IMG/VR virus record: IMGVR_UViG_3300027974_001778
Coordinates: 107,476 to 127,475 of that record
Length of the DNA: 20,000 nt
Origin: an uncultured virus (IMG/VR IMGVR_UViG_3300027974_001778)
Lineage: Duplodnaviria > Heunggongvirae > Uroviricota > Caudoviricetes
Strand: one strand, 5' to 3'
Of this stretch, positions 1 to 5,190 are shown one piece after another. The notes below the pieces were generated by a model. The model searched no databases and had not been told where the DNA came from. It saw only the letters and a program-made list of their open reading frames with translations. The translations under genes were made by a program, and so were the position numbers. Within the stretch, counting starts at the first letter, position 1, and every line of letters starts with the position of its first letter.

Positions 1-8
1 TTCCATTG

Positions 9-82
9 TTGGAATAGATGGACTCGAACCATCGACATTCACCGTATCAGGATGACGCTCTAACCAACTGAGCTATATTCCA
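9..82 (-). tRNA. tRNA-Ile(GAT)
   Basis: Reverse complement folds as a cloverleaf: TGGAATA/TATTCCA acceptor, TCATC-CT GAT AC-GGTGA anticodon arm, GGTTCGAGTCC T arm. Confidence 0.93.
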
Positions 83-94
83 TTGTTGTTGGTA

Positions 95-102
95 CAAAGA
101 TA
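95..102 (-). promoter_or_regulatory. Bacteroidetes-type -7 promoter element TATCTTTG upstream of tRNA-Ile
   Basis: Matches TAnnTTTG; the same motif recurs upstream of other transcription units in this window. Confidence 0.6.
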
Positions 103-117
103 CTAATTTTATTTTAT

Positions 118-152
118 AAAAAAAATCCCCCTGACTTTTAATCAGAGGGATT
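118..152 (-). terminator. Intrinsic terminator after ORF 176-625
   Basis: AATCCCTCTGA/TCAGGGGGATT hairpin followed by a long T run on the minus strand. Confidence 0.75.
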
Positions 153-175
153 CAATATTAAATTTAAAAAATATA

Positions 176-625
176 CTACTTTAAAAATCTTAATTTGTAT
201 ATTGTTGAATAAATTAATTCTTGAACCGTATCTATTTGGTTTTGAATAAACGATTCTTTAACTCCTTTTCTTACTTTTTCAATCATGTAGTCTAATGATT
301 TAAAATAATTAATTACTTGGTCAACACTTTTATAATCCTCAGTTTTTGCTGAGTCATAATTTTTAACAAGGTCGTACTTACCTTGGTAACTTTCGATAAT
401 ACCGTCCACTAATTTGTCTATACCCTCATAATATCCTTGTAATGCTTTATGTTCTGAATATGATTTGGTTTGTAAATGAAAAATATGAACTTGAGTTTGA
501 GAATGTAATAGTGTTGATACCATATTCTTAAATCCTGAGTTACTTTTAGTTTCAGACTTATTTTCCTGCTCATTCAAATGCATCACTTTGAATAGTTGTT
601 CTTTTGTTAATGTTAATTTATCCAT
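176..625 (-). CDS. Ferritin/Dps-like four-helix-bundle phage protein (DUF5856-like)
   Basis: HIFHLQTKSYSEHKALQGYYEGIDKLVDGIIESYQG resembles the Dps H..H/D..E helix pattern; TATTTAT motif just upstream. Confidence 0.7.
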   Translation of the reverse strand: MDKLTLTKEQLFKVMHLNEQENKSETKSNSGFKNMVSTLLHSQTQVHIFHLQTKSYSEHKALQGYYEGIDKLVDGIIESYQGKYDLVKNYDSAKTEDYKSVDQVINYFKSLDYMIEKVRKGVKESFIQNQIDTVQELIYSTIYKLRFLK

Positions 626-660
626 ACAGATAAATAGTCAACATATTCAAAAAATATTTG

Positions 661-732
661 GGTCAACGGACGGTATCGAACCGTCTTCCCGAGCTCCACA
701 AACTCGTGCTTCACCTTAAAGCTTCAAAGACC
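661..732 (-). tRNA. tRNA-His(GTG), acceptor stem with mismatches
   Basis: CGAGT-TT GTG GA-GCTCG anticodon arm, GACGG TTCGATA CCGTC T arm, G-1:C73 extended stem GGTCTTTG/CGTTGACC. Confidence 0.8.
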
Positions 733-737
733 ATATG

Positions 738-811
738 TTGCGAGAGGCAGATTTGAACTGCCCACCTCAGGGTTATGAATCCTGCGCTCTCACCAAATGA
801 GCTACCTCGCA
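738..811 (-). tRNA. tRNA-Met(CAT), possibly initiator-like
   Basis: TGCGAGG/TCTCGCA acceptor, CAGGA-TT CAT AA-CCCTG anticodon arm. Confidence 0.85.
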
Positions 812-817
812 GTTTAG

Positions 818-889
818 AGGTTCTATTAGGATTCGAACCTAAACTCCAAAATCCGTAGTTTTGTGTGCTATCCGTTACACCATAAAACC
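818..889 (-). tRNA. tRNA-Arg(ACG)
   Basis: GGTTTTA/TAGAACC acceptor, CAAAA-CT ACG GA-TTTTG anticodon arm, GGTTCGAATCC. Confidence 0.92.
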
Positions 890-967
890 TTAGTCACGGT
901 CATTGTCCCATTTTACAACAAGCATCAAAATAACCCATAATAATAATAACCACATATTTTTTTCCAT
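890..967 (-). CDS. Putative 25-aa single-TM micropeptide MEKNMWLLLLWVILMLVVKWDNDRD
   Basis: Hand translation; fills the tRNA-Gln/tRNA-Arg spacer almost exactly; hydrophobic core with charged tail. Confidence 0.45.
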   Translation of the reverse strand: MEKNMWLLLLWVILMLVVKWDNDRD

Positions 968-971
968 TTTG

Positions 972-1042
972 TTATCCGACCTGGATTCGAACCAGAAATG
1001 ACAGTACCAAAAACTGTAGTGTTACCGTTACACCATCGGACA
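972..1042 (-). tRNA. tRNA-Gln(TTG)
   Basis: TGTCCGA/TCGGATA acceptor, ACAGT-TT TTG GT-ACTGT anticodon arm. Confidence 0.93.
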
Positions 1043-1047
1043 ATATG

Positions 1048-1121
1048 TGGACCAGATAGGAATCGAACCTATTACCTTCACATTATGAGTGTGCCGCTCT
1101 AACCGAATGAGCTACAAGTCC
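1048..1121 (-). tRNA. tRNA(CAT), probably Ile2 (lysidine-modified) rather than Met
   Basis: GGACTTG...GCACA-CT CAT AA-TGTGA...CTGGTCCA; second CAT tRNA in the array. The Ile2 assignment is inference. Confidence 0.8.
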
Positions 1122-1124
1122 ATG

Positions 1125-1211
1125 AAGCTAAACATTGCTTTCAGGGTTGAAATGGCTCACAGATAAATCCGAATCACCACCTACTGATTTTACAGTATCT
1201 TAGTTTAACTT
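1125..1211 (-). ncRNA. Candidate structured spacer RNA
   Basis: Closing stem AAGTTAAAC/GTTTAGCTT plus TACTG/CAGTA hairpin, flush between two tRNAs. Confidence 0.35.
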
Positions 1212-1214
1212 TTG

Positions 1215-1296
1215 TGGGAGTAGCTGGACTCGAACCAACGAACTCGAAAGAGGGAAGATTTACAGTCTTCTGCCATTGCCACTAGGCGATACTCCC
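1215..1296 (-). tRNA. tRNA-Tyr(GTA)
   Basis: GGGAGTA/TACTCCC acceptor, GAAGA-CT GTA AA-TCTTC anticodon arm, long variable arm. Confidence 0.95.
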
Positions 1297-1301
1297 AAAA
1301 A

Positions 1302-1430
1302 TCAGGAAAGAGGAAGATGGTTCAGTGGACATCCTCTTTTACGATTGGCATTACTAATGGTAGTTTAAACTCCGACGATGTCTTATTCCAACCACTACCA
1401 GGTATTTACATCATCATTCCCCAATCAACC
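1302..1430 (-). ncRNA. Candidate pseudoknotted ncRNA
   Basis: Stems GATTGG/CCAATC and TGGTAGT/ACTACCA, crossing GATGATGT/ACATCGTC, 3' hairpin AAAGAGGA/TCCTCTTT. Confidence 0.5.
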
Positions 1431-1435
1431 TTTAG

Positions 1436-1508
1436 CACGCACGAAAGGGGTCGAACCTCTGACACATAGTTTTGGAGACTACTGCTCTACCATCTGAGCT
1501 ACGCACGT
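1436..1508 (-). tRNA. tRNA-Trp(CCA)
   Basis: GTAGT-CT CCA AA-ACTAT anticodon arm; ACGTGCG/CGTGCGT acceptor; G73. Confidence 0.92.
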
Positions 1509-1514
1509 GTTTAC

Positions 1515-1760
1515 TTAATTAATAAATTCTTCTGTGTTTATGTTATGTTCGTCTAATATTTCGTATATCTTTCCAAACACTAACTCTAAAGTTTCGTACT
1601 TATCAACATCTTTACCTTCTAAAGACCACTCTAAAGACTTTTTAGTATTATGGGTAATTTCCCATAATGCCATAGCCATATCAAAAGACTTAACCGCTCT
1701 TTTATGAGCAATTACTTCATCTTGGTCATTTAAATCAAATTCTAATATTCCTTTTGCCAT
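1515..1760 (-). CDS. Hypothetical phage protein (81 aa)
   Basis: ATG ORF filling the Cys-Trp tRNA spacer, protein-like composition. Confidence 0.8.
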   Translation of the reverse strand: MAKGILEFDLNDQDEVIAHKRAVKSFDMAMALWEITHNTKKSLEWSLEGKDVDKYETLELVFGKIYEILDEHNINTEEFIN

Positions 1761-1774
1761 AATATATATTTTTG

Positions 1775-1846
1775 AGGTCGATACAGGATTCGAACCTGTG
1801 TAAATAGTTTTGCAGACTACCGCCTAATCCACTCGGCCAATCGACC
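1775..1846 (-). tRNA. tRNA-Cys(GCA)
   Basis: GGTCGAT/ATCGACC acceptor, GTAGT-CT GCA AA-ACTAT anticodon arm, U73. Confidence 0.94.
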
Positions 1847-2032
1847 ATTTAACGTTTCTTTAATTTTATATTTTTTACATCTTTTTTTAGGTATCTCAAC
1901 ATAATATGAACCAAATACAGAAATAAAAAGTCCAACATAGTTTTCTCCTTGTTCACTAACTTCTTGTAAAACGGTTCCTTCATATAAATGAGGAAAAATA
2001 TCCGCGCTATCTTTTTTTACAACTACTTTCAT
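1817..2032 (-). CDS. Hypothetical protein (71 aa); 3' end overlaps tRNA-Cys
   Basis: ATG ORF with A-rich upstream region; its stop TAG lies inside the tRNA. Confidence 0.6.
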   Translation of the reverse strand: MKVVVKKDSADIFPHLYEGTVLQEVSEQGENYVGLFISVFGSYYVEIPKKRCKKYKIKETLNGRLAEWIRR

Positions 2033-2044
2033 TTTAATTTATTT

Positions 2045-2263
2045 TTAATGTGTTCCGTTTGTTAATGAAATCCCATGCCTTACTCCTGTAATGAAATCTT
2101 CAATTTCTTCTTCGGTCATATTGTTATATCTCTTACCGACAGTATGTCCAATCTCATTACCACAATCACTTAAATCTCCTTCGTATATTGTTACATCTGA
2201 TTTTCCTTTCAAAGATACAGAAATCCAAGATAAATCACTACTGTTAAATGTTCTTTTTTCCAT
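2045..2263 (-). CDS. Hypothetical protein (72 aa)
   Basis: ATG ORF tightly packed with its neighbours. Confidence 0.7.
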   Translation of the reverse strand: MEKRTFNSSDLSWISVSLKGKSDVTIYEGDLSDCGNEIGHTVGKRYNNMTEEEIEDFITGVRHGISLTNGTH

Positions 2264-2268
2264 ATTTT

Positions 2269-2892
2269 TTAATTTAATGAATTTGGGTAATACAATAATG
2301 TCGGGTTCTTTTTTTGGATATCAACCTCGGGATATCTTTCCTTAAATTTCATCACATTAAAAGGTTGAGTTATAATATGGAACCCACTTCTTGTTTTAAT
2401 AAAAGTCATTCCTTGTTCTTTTCCCGCCTCTTTCTGTAACTCGTTTATATATTCTCTCATTTTAATTTGACTTGGAGAATGGTTAAATCCATCAATGGAT
2501 ACATTATCAATATCAATAATCCATCTTTTCTCTTGAGTCTTTATCTGTCCCACAACCGAGTCAAATAACCCCTTTTGGTTCTGAACTCCATTCTTAATTC
2601 TCTCAGCCAAACTTGCCAACATATCCAAAGACACATCTCTGTGATTTTGTTTCTGAACATGAATGTAAGCTCTTGCCTTGAACATCTCACATAATTGCAT
2701 CACCTCATCATATCTCCTTTCCAAATGGTCAACTGATTCAATGCAATATGTTTTAATAGTTCTAACCGACTGATGGTTATCTCTTTCTCCTTCAGGTTGG
2801 TCTTTCTTACGTTTGAAAACATACAGCATATAGAAGTCACCCTTCTCCTCAAAGTTCAATAATGGTTTTATTATGTCTATATTGTTTATCAT
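2269..2892 (-). CDS. Phage protein with AEP (primase-polymerase)-like motifs
   Basis: WIIDID and KTRSGFHII resemble AEP motifs I (hhhDhD) and II (S/TxxGhH). Start reassigned to ATG 2892 because the longer ORF start lies in a T-arm. Confidence 0.55.
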   Translation of the reverse strand: MINNIDIIKPLLNFEEKGDFYMLYVFKRKKDQPEGERDNHQSVRTIKTYCIESVDHLERRYDEVMQLCEMFKARAYIHVQKQNHRDVSLDMLASLAERIKNGVQNQKGLFDSVVGQIKTQEKRWIIDIDNVSIDGFNHSPSQIKMREYINELQKEAGKEQGMTFIKTRSGFHIITQPFNVMKFKERYPEVDIQKKNPTLLYYPNSLN

Positions 2893-2906
2893 ATCATTTT
2901 TTTTTG

Positions 2907-3009
2907 TTGTTAAGGTGGGATTCGAACCCACAACGTAGTCTCGTAAAGAGAATCATCACCGTTTCGACTTACCGAGCCCTGTGCTCGTTTACATATCTAC
3001 TACTTAACT
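2907..3009 (-). ncRNA. tRNA-like RNA lacking canonical D and anticodon arms
   Basis: GTTAAG/CTTAAC acceptor-like stem and perfect GTGGG TTCGAAT CCCAC T arm; interior has other hairpins. Confidence 0.55.
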
Positions 3010-3010
3010 T

Positions 3011-3345
3011 CCTACCCCACTTCACCAGCTTAACGGACTGGCTGCCATATGGGAGTGGGGGTTTCCCGTTAATTCGGGACTCCGCGATGTTGCGGGAATC
3101 GAACCCACTCGATGAACTACTTGTGATATGCACCAACCATTTGCTCCAATCCTAGTATTAAGGAGTGTTACCTACAAATCACCATCATTCAACCCTTTAA
3201 CACCAAATTTGACTACTGACTGACTCCTTTCGAACTTTGAGGGTTTGTATCATTCAATATCAGTAGTCCAAGGCTGTAGGAGCTCATCTTTACACTTAGG
3301 CTCTTTGTCTTCTCATGTTGCAACATTTACGACCGTAGCGTCACC
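3011..3345 (-). ncRNA. Candidate large structured ncRNA (~335 nt) with internal T-arm
   Basis: No credible ORF, higher GC, many complementary segments, a predicted pseudoknot, GTGGG TTCGATT CCCGC. Confidence 0.55.
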
Positions 3346-3352
3346 TTGTTTG

Positions 3353-3425
3353 TGGTACGAGGTGGGTTCGAACCACCGACAACTTGTTCTTCAGACAAGC
3401 ACTCTACCAACTGAGTTATCGCACC
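3353..3425 (-). tRNA. tRNA-Phe(GAA)
   Basis: GGTGCGA/TCGTACC acceptor, CTTGT-CT GAA GA-ACAAG anticodon arm. Confidence 0.94.
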
Positions 3426-3430
3426 AAGTT

Positions 3431-3500
3431 TAAAGTTAAAGTCGCCCACACTTGTTCGGGGCGGGACCTTTCGGTCACCTTCGACATCCCCTCAACTTTA
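3431..3500 (-). ncRNA. Candidate 70-nt multi-stem RNA
   Basis: TAAAGTTGAGG/CTTTAACTTTA closing stem, GACC-GAAA-GGTC GNRA hairpin, CGCCC/GGGCG stem. Confidence 0.45.
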
Positions 3501-3713
3501 ATTCACTTCAATATCTTCCAAAGGTACATCTTCTCCCTGAGTATGTTTATAAACTGTATTAAAAAACTCTCCTAACAATCTATAGTCCTCAGGAATCATA
3601 TGACAAAAATCAAATGCAGGAATTGCACCATGAATTTGACCTTGTACTACCTTATCAAACTTATCATCTGGTTTGTACTCAAACACAGTATGTCCTCTAA
3701 AAATATATTTCAT
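3498..3713 (-). CDS. Hypothetical protein (71 aa)
   Basis: ATG ORF, co-oriented with the operon. Confidence 0.7.
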   Translation of the reverse strand: MKYIFRGHTVFEYKPDDKFDKVVQGQIHGAIPAFDFCHMIPEDYRLLGEFFNTVYKHTQGEDVPLEDIEVN

Positions 3714-3714
3714 A

Positions 3715-3814
3715 ACTTCCGATTTTGTCTTGTTTTTACTTCCGAATTTGGACGGGTTTTACTTCCGACTTTGTCACTGCTCACATTTGAGGAAGTTTAC
3801 TGCTCAAATTTGAG
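3715..3814. repeat. 23-bp periodic imperfect repeats
   Basis: ACTTCCGA..TTG at 3715, 3738 and 3761; ACTGCTCA.ATTTGAG at 3776 and 3799. Confidence 0.7.
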
Positions 3815-3821
3815 ATTTATG

Positions 3822-3894
3822 TAGTCCCTGTAGGAATCGAACCTACGACAACTTGCATGTAAGGCAAGTGCTCTTCCAACTGAGCTAAGAGACT
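3822..3894 (-). tRNA. tRNA-Val(TAC)
   Basis: AGTCTCT/AGGGACT acceptor, CTTGC-CT TAC AT-GCAAG anticodon arm. Confidence 0.93.
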
Positions 3895-3899
3895 AAATG

Positions 3900-3973
3900 T
3901 ATCGCGTACGGGGCTCGAACCCGTAATCTTCATCGTGAAAGGATGACGACTTAACCAATTTGTCCAACGCGAC
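3900..3973 (-). tRNA. tRNA-Glu(TTC)
   Basis: GTCGCGT/ACGCGAT acceptor, TCATC-CT TTC AC-GATGA anticodon arm. Confidence 0.94.
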
Positions 3974-3983
3974 ATTTGTTTCA

Positions 3984-4015
3984 CAAAGATACAACCAATA
4001 TTTCAAAGAGCCAAA
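3984..4015 (-). promoter_or_regulatory. Bacteroidetes-type promoter TTTG-N20-TATCTTTG directly upstream of tRNA-Glu
   Basis: -33 element at 4012-4015, -7 element at 3984-3991. Confidence 0.6.
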
Positions 4016-4018
4016 AAC

Positions 4019-4053
4019 AAAAAACCCTGAACTTCATTTCTGTAGTTCAGGGT
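4019..4053 (-). terminator. Attenuator terminator 1
   Basis: 10-bp stem ACCCTGAACT/AGTTCAGGGT plus T tract; 5' arm is complementary to leader segment 4105-4114. Confidence 0.85.
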
Positions 4054-4075
4054 ATATAAAAAATTTGGTTTATTT

Positions 4076-4186
4076 TTAGTTTAAAAAATTATTCAAAATT
4101 ATATCCGAACTACATGACTGCATACGCTCATACCAACAAGTTTCTTGTTGTTGACTAAAGACTGTATGTTTTATTGTAGTTCTCAT
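4076..4186 (-). CDS. Putative attenuation leader peptide 1 (36 aa, MRTTIKHTVFSQQQETCWYERMQSCSSDIILNNFLN)
   Basis: ATG 18 nt after a consensus promoter; codons match the downstream tRNA set; contains the antiterminator strand. Confidence 0.75.
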   Translation of the reverse strand: MRTTIKHTVFSQQQETCWYERMQSCSSDIILNNFLN

Positions 4187-4204
4187 TGTTTCTAATATAT
4201 AGTT

Positions 4205-4235
4205 CAAAGATATGAAAAAATCTTTGAGTGTCAAA
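4205..4235 (-). promoter_or_regulatory. Bacteroidetes-type promoter TTTG-N19-TATCTTTG for leader 1
   Basis: -33 element at 4232-4235, -7 element at 4205-4212. Confidence 0.75.
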
Positions 4236-4260
4236 TATTTTTCCAAGTATTTATAAAAAG

Positions 4261-4680
4261 ATGAAGACATTAAGAGAAATTATTAAAGAAAATTTATTAG
4301 TTGAGAAAAGAATAACTCAAGTTAACTCATCTTTAGAAGTTTTATTTGTATTTGATGTGAATAGAACCAGTCATGCGTTCGATAGAGATACTAGAGATGA
4401 TATTGAAGGATATAACATAAGAGCGATTGAGAATGATGAAATCAGAGAAATTATCAGTAAGGTAAAAAAAGAAATCTCCGAAAAAATAGTAACAAGAGAA
4501 ATTGTACCTGAAGAAGATTTTGTCGTAAAATCTTTAAAGTGGGAATTGGCAATGGCGATAACTCCTGTTCATATGGGAGGAACCTATTGGCAACTAATCA
4601 TCAAAACAGTATTTAGAGAATCCAATCATAACCCTTTTAGAGTTGGTAAAAATCAATTGGTTATTTATTCTGACATCTAA
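4261..4680 (+). CDS. Hypothetical phage protein (139 aa)
   Basis: ATG 4261 follows TATTTAT (4248-4254); N-terminus LREIIKENLLVE. Confidence 0.8.
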   Translation: MKTLREIIKENLLVEKRITQVNSSLEVLFVFDVNRTSHAFDRDTRDDIEGYNIRAIENDEIREIISKVKKEISEKIVTREIVPEEDFVVKSLKWELAMAITPVHMGGTYWQLIIKTVFRESNHNPFRVGKNQLVIYSDI

Positions 4681-4681
4681 T

Positions 4682-4770
4682 AAAAAAGGGTAACACTAGT
4701 ATCTGAATCGTTCCCGTGTTACCCAGTTTGTAATTGAGCTTGTGTATCTAAATCGTGCTCCTCAATCACA
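4682..4770 (-). ncRNA. Candidate two-hairpin sRNA with repeated loop motif ACGATT(T/C)AGATAC
   Basis: Own TATCTTTG promoter (4774-4781); hairpins TGTGATTGAG/CTCAATTACA and GGGTAACAC/GTGTTACCC followed by T6. Confidence 0.65.
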
Positions 4771-4833
4771 ATACAAAGATACAAAAATATTTTGGTTTAC
4801 AAAATCTATTGTATTTTTTTTTTATAAATATTG

Positions 4834-4914
4834 TACCCCAAGTCGGACTCGAACCGACACGACTTACGTCACAAGTTCCTAAAACTTGAGTGTCTACCAT
4901 TCCACCATCGGGGT
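4834..4914 (-). tRNA. tRNA-Leu(TAG)
   Basis: CAAGT-TT TAG GA-ACTTG anticodon arm, long variable arm, ACCCCGA/TTGGGGT acceptor. Confidence 0.94.
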
Positions 4915-4920
4915 ATACAT

Positions 4921-5010
4921 TATCATCGCTCCAGCCACATCGAGGAACACGCCGCCCCCGCGTTGTTTAAGTGTATGAATTGCGCCGTATCTCACTGAGT
5001 TACGATGATA
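4921..5010 (-). ncRNA. Candidate 90-nt stem-closed RNA
   Basis: Perfect 8-bp terminal stem TATCATCG/CGATGATA, GC-rich interior, flush between tRNAs. Confidence 0.5.
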
Positions 5011-5014
5011 ATTG

Positions 5015-5088
5015 TGATTCGGAAAGGATTCGAACCTTTGACCCCAAACTTAGAAGGTTTGTGCTCTATCCAGCTGAGCTACCGAACC
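5015..5088 (-). tRNA. tRNA-Arg(TCT)
   Basis: GGTTCGG/CCGAATC acceptor, CAAAC-CT TCT AA-GTTTG anticodon arm. Confidence 0.94.
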
Positions 5089-5094
5089 AAATTT

Positions 5095-5190
5095 CCCCAC
5101 CTGAAATCCCAGTGAGTAGATATTCGCAGTTTTTCGTATTGAAAAACCCAACGCGTCTTACCGCTTAAAAAGTCAAACATACTCGGTGGC
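5095..5190 (-). ncRNA. Candidate structured RNA
   Basis: CCACC/GGTGG, GAGTA/TACTC and GTTTTTC/GAAAAAC nested stems. Confidence 0.45.

Noticed and set aside
1..8. 5' end of another tRNA at the window edge (ttcca repeated at 78-82)
   Set aside because: Only about 5 nt are visible, so it cannot be called.
1358..1415. Theta/HDV-like tRNA-associated ribozyme
   Set aside because: The P1/P2 topology is similar, but there is no clear P3, no L3 CC for P1.1, no catalytic C in J4/2, and it is not flush with the tRNA 3' end.
3011..3345. tmRNA or RNase P RNA
   Set aside because: There is no Ala-type acceptor (GGGG..G3-U70..ACCA) and no GAGGAAAGTCC or ACAGAA..CGGCTTA signature.
3715..3814. CRISPR array
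   Set aside because: The 23-bp period is too short for a repeat plus spacer, the repeats are degenerate, and no cas genes are present.
2862..3824. Plus-strand ORFs 2862-3155, 3245-3433, 3384-3575 and 3600-3824 (also 2091-2345)
   Set aside because: They are antisense to tRNAs, structured RNAs or better ORFs and contain tRNA-shadow peptides such as WDSNP and GSNH.
4187..4270. N-terminal extension of the 64-aa ORF 4076-4270
   Set aside because: It spans the promoter at 4205-4235 and overlaps the divergent gene; ATG 4186 is the better start.
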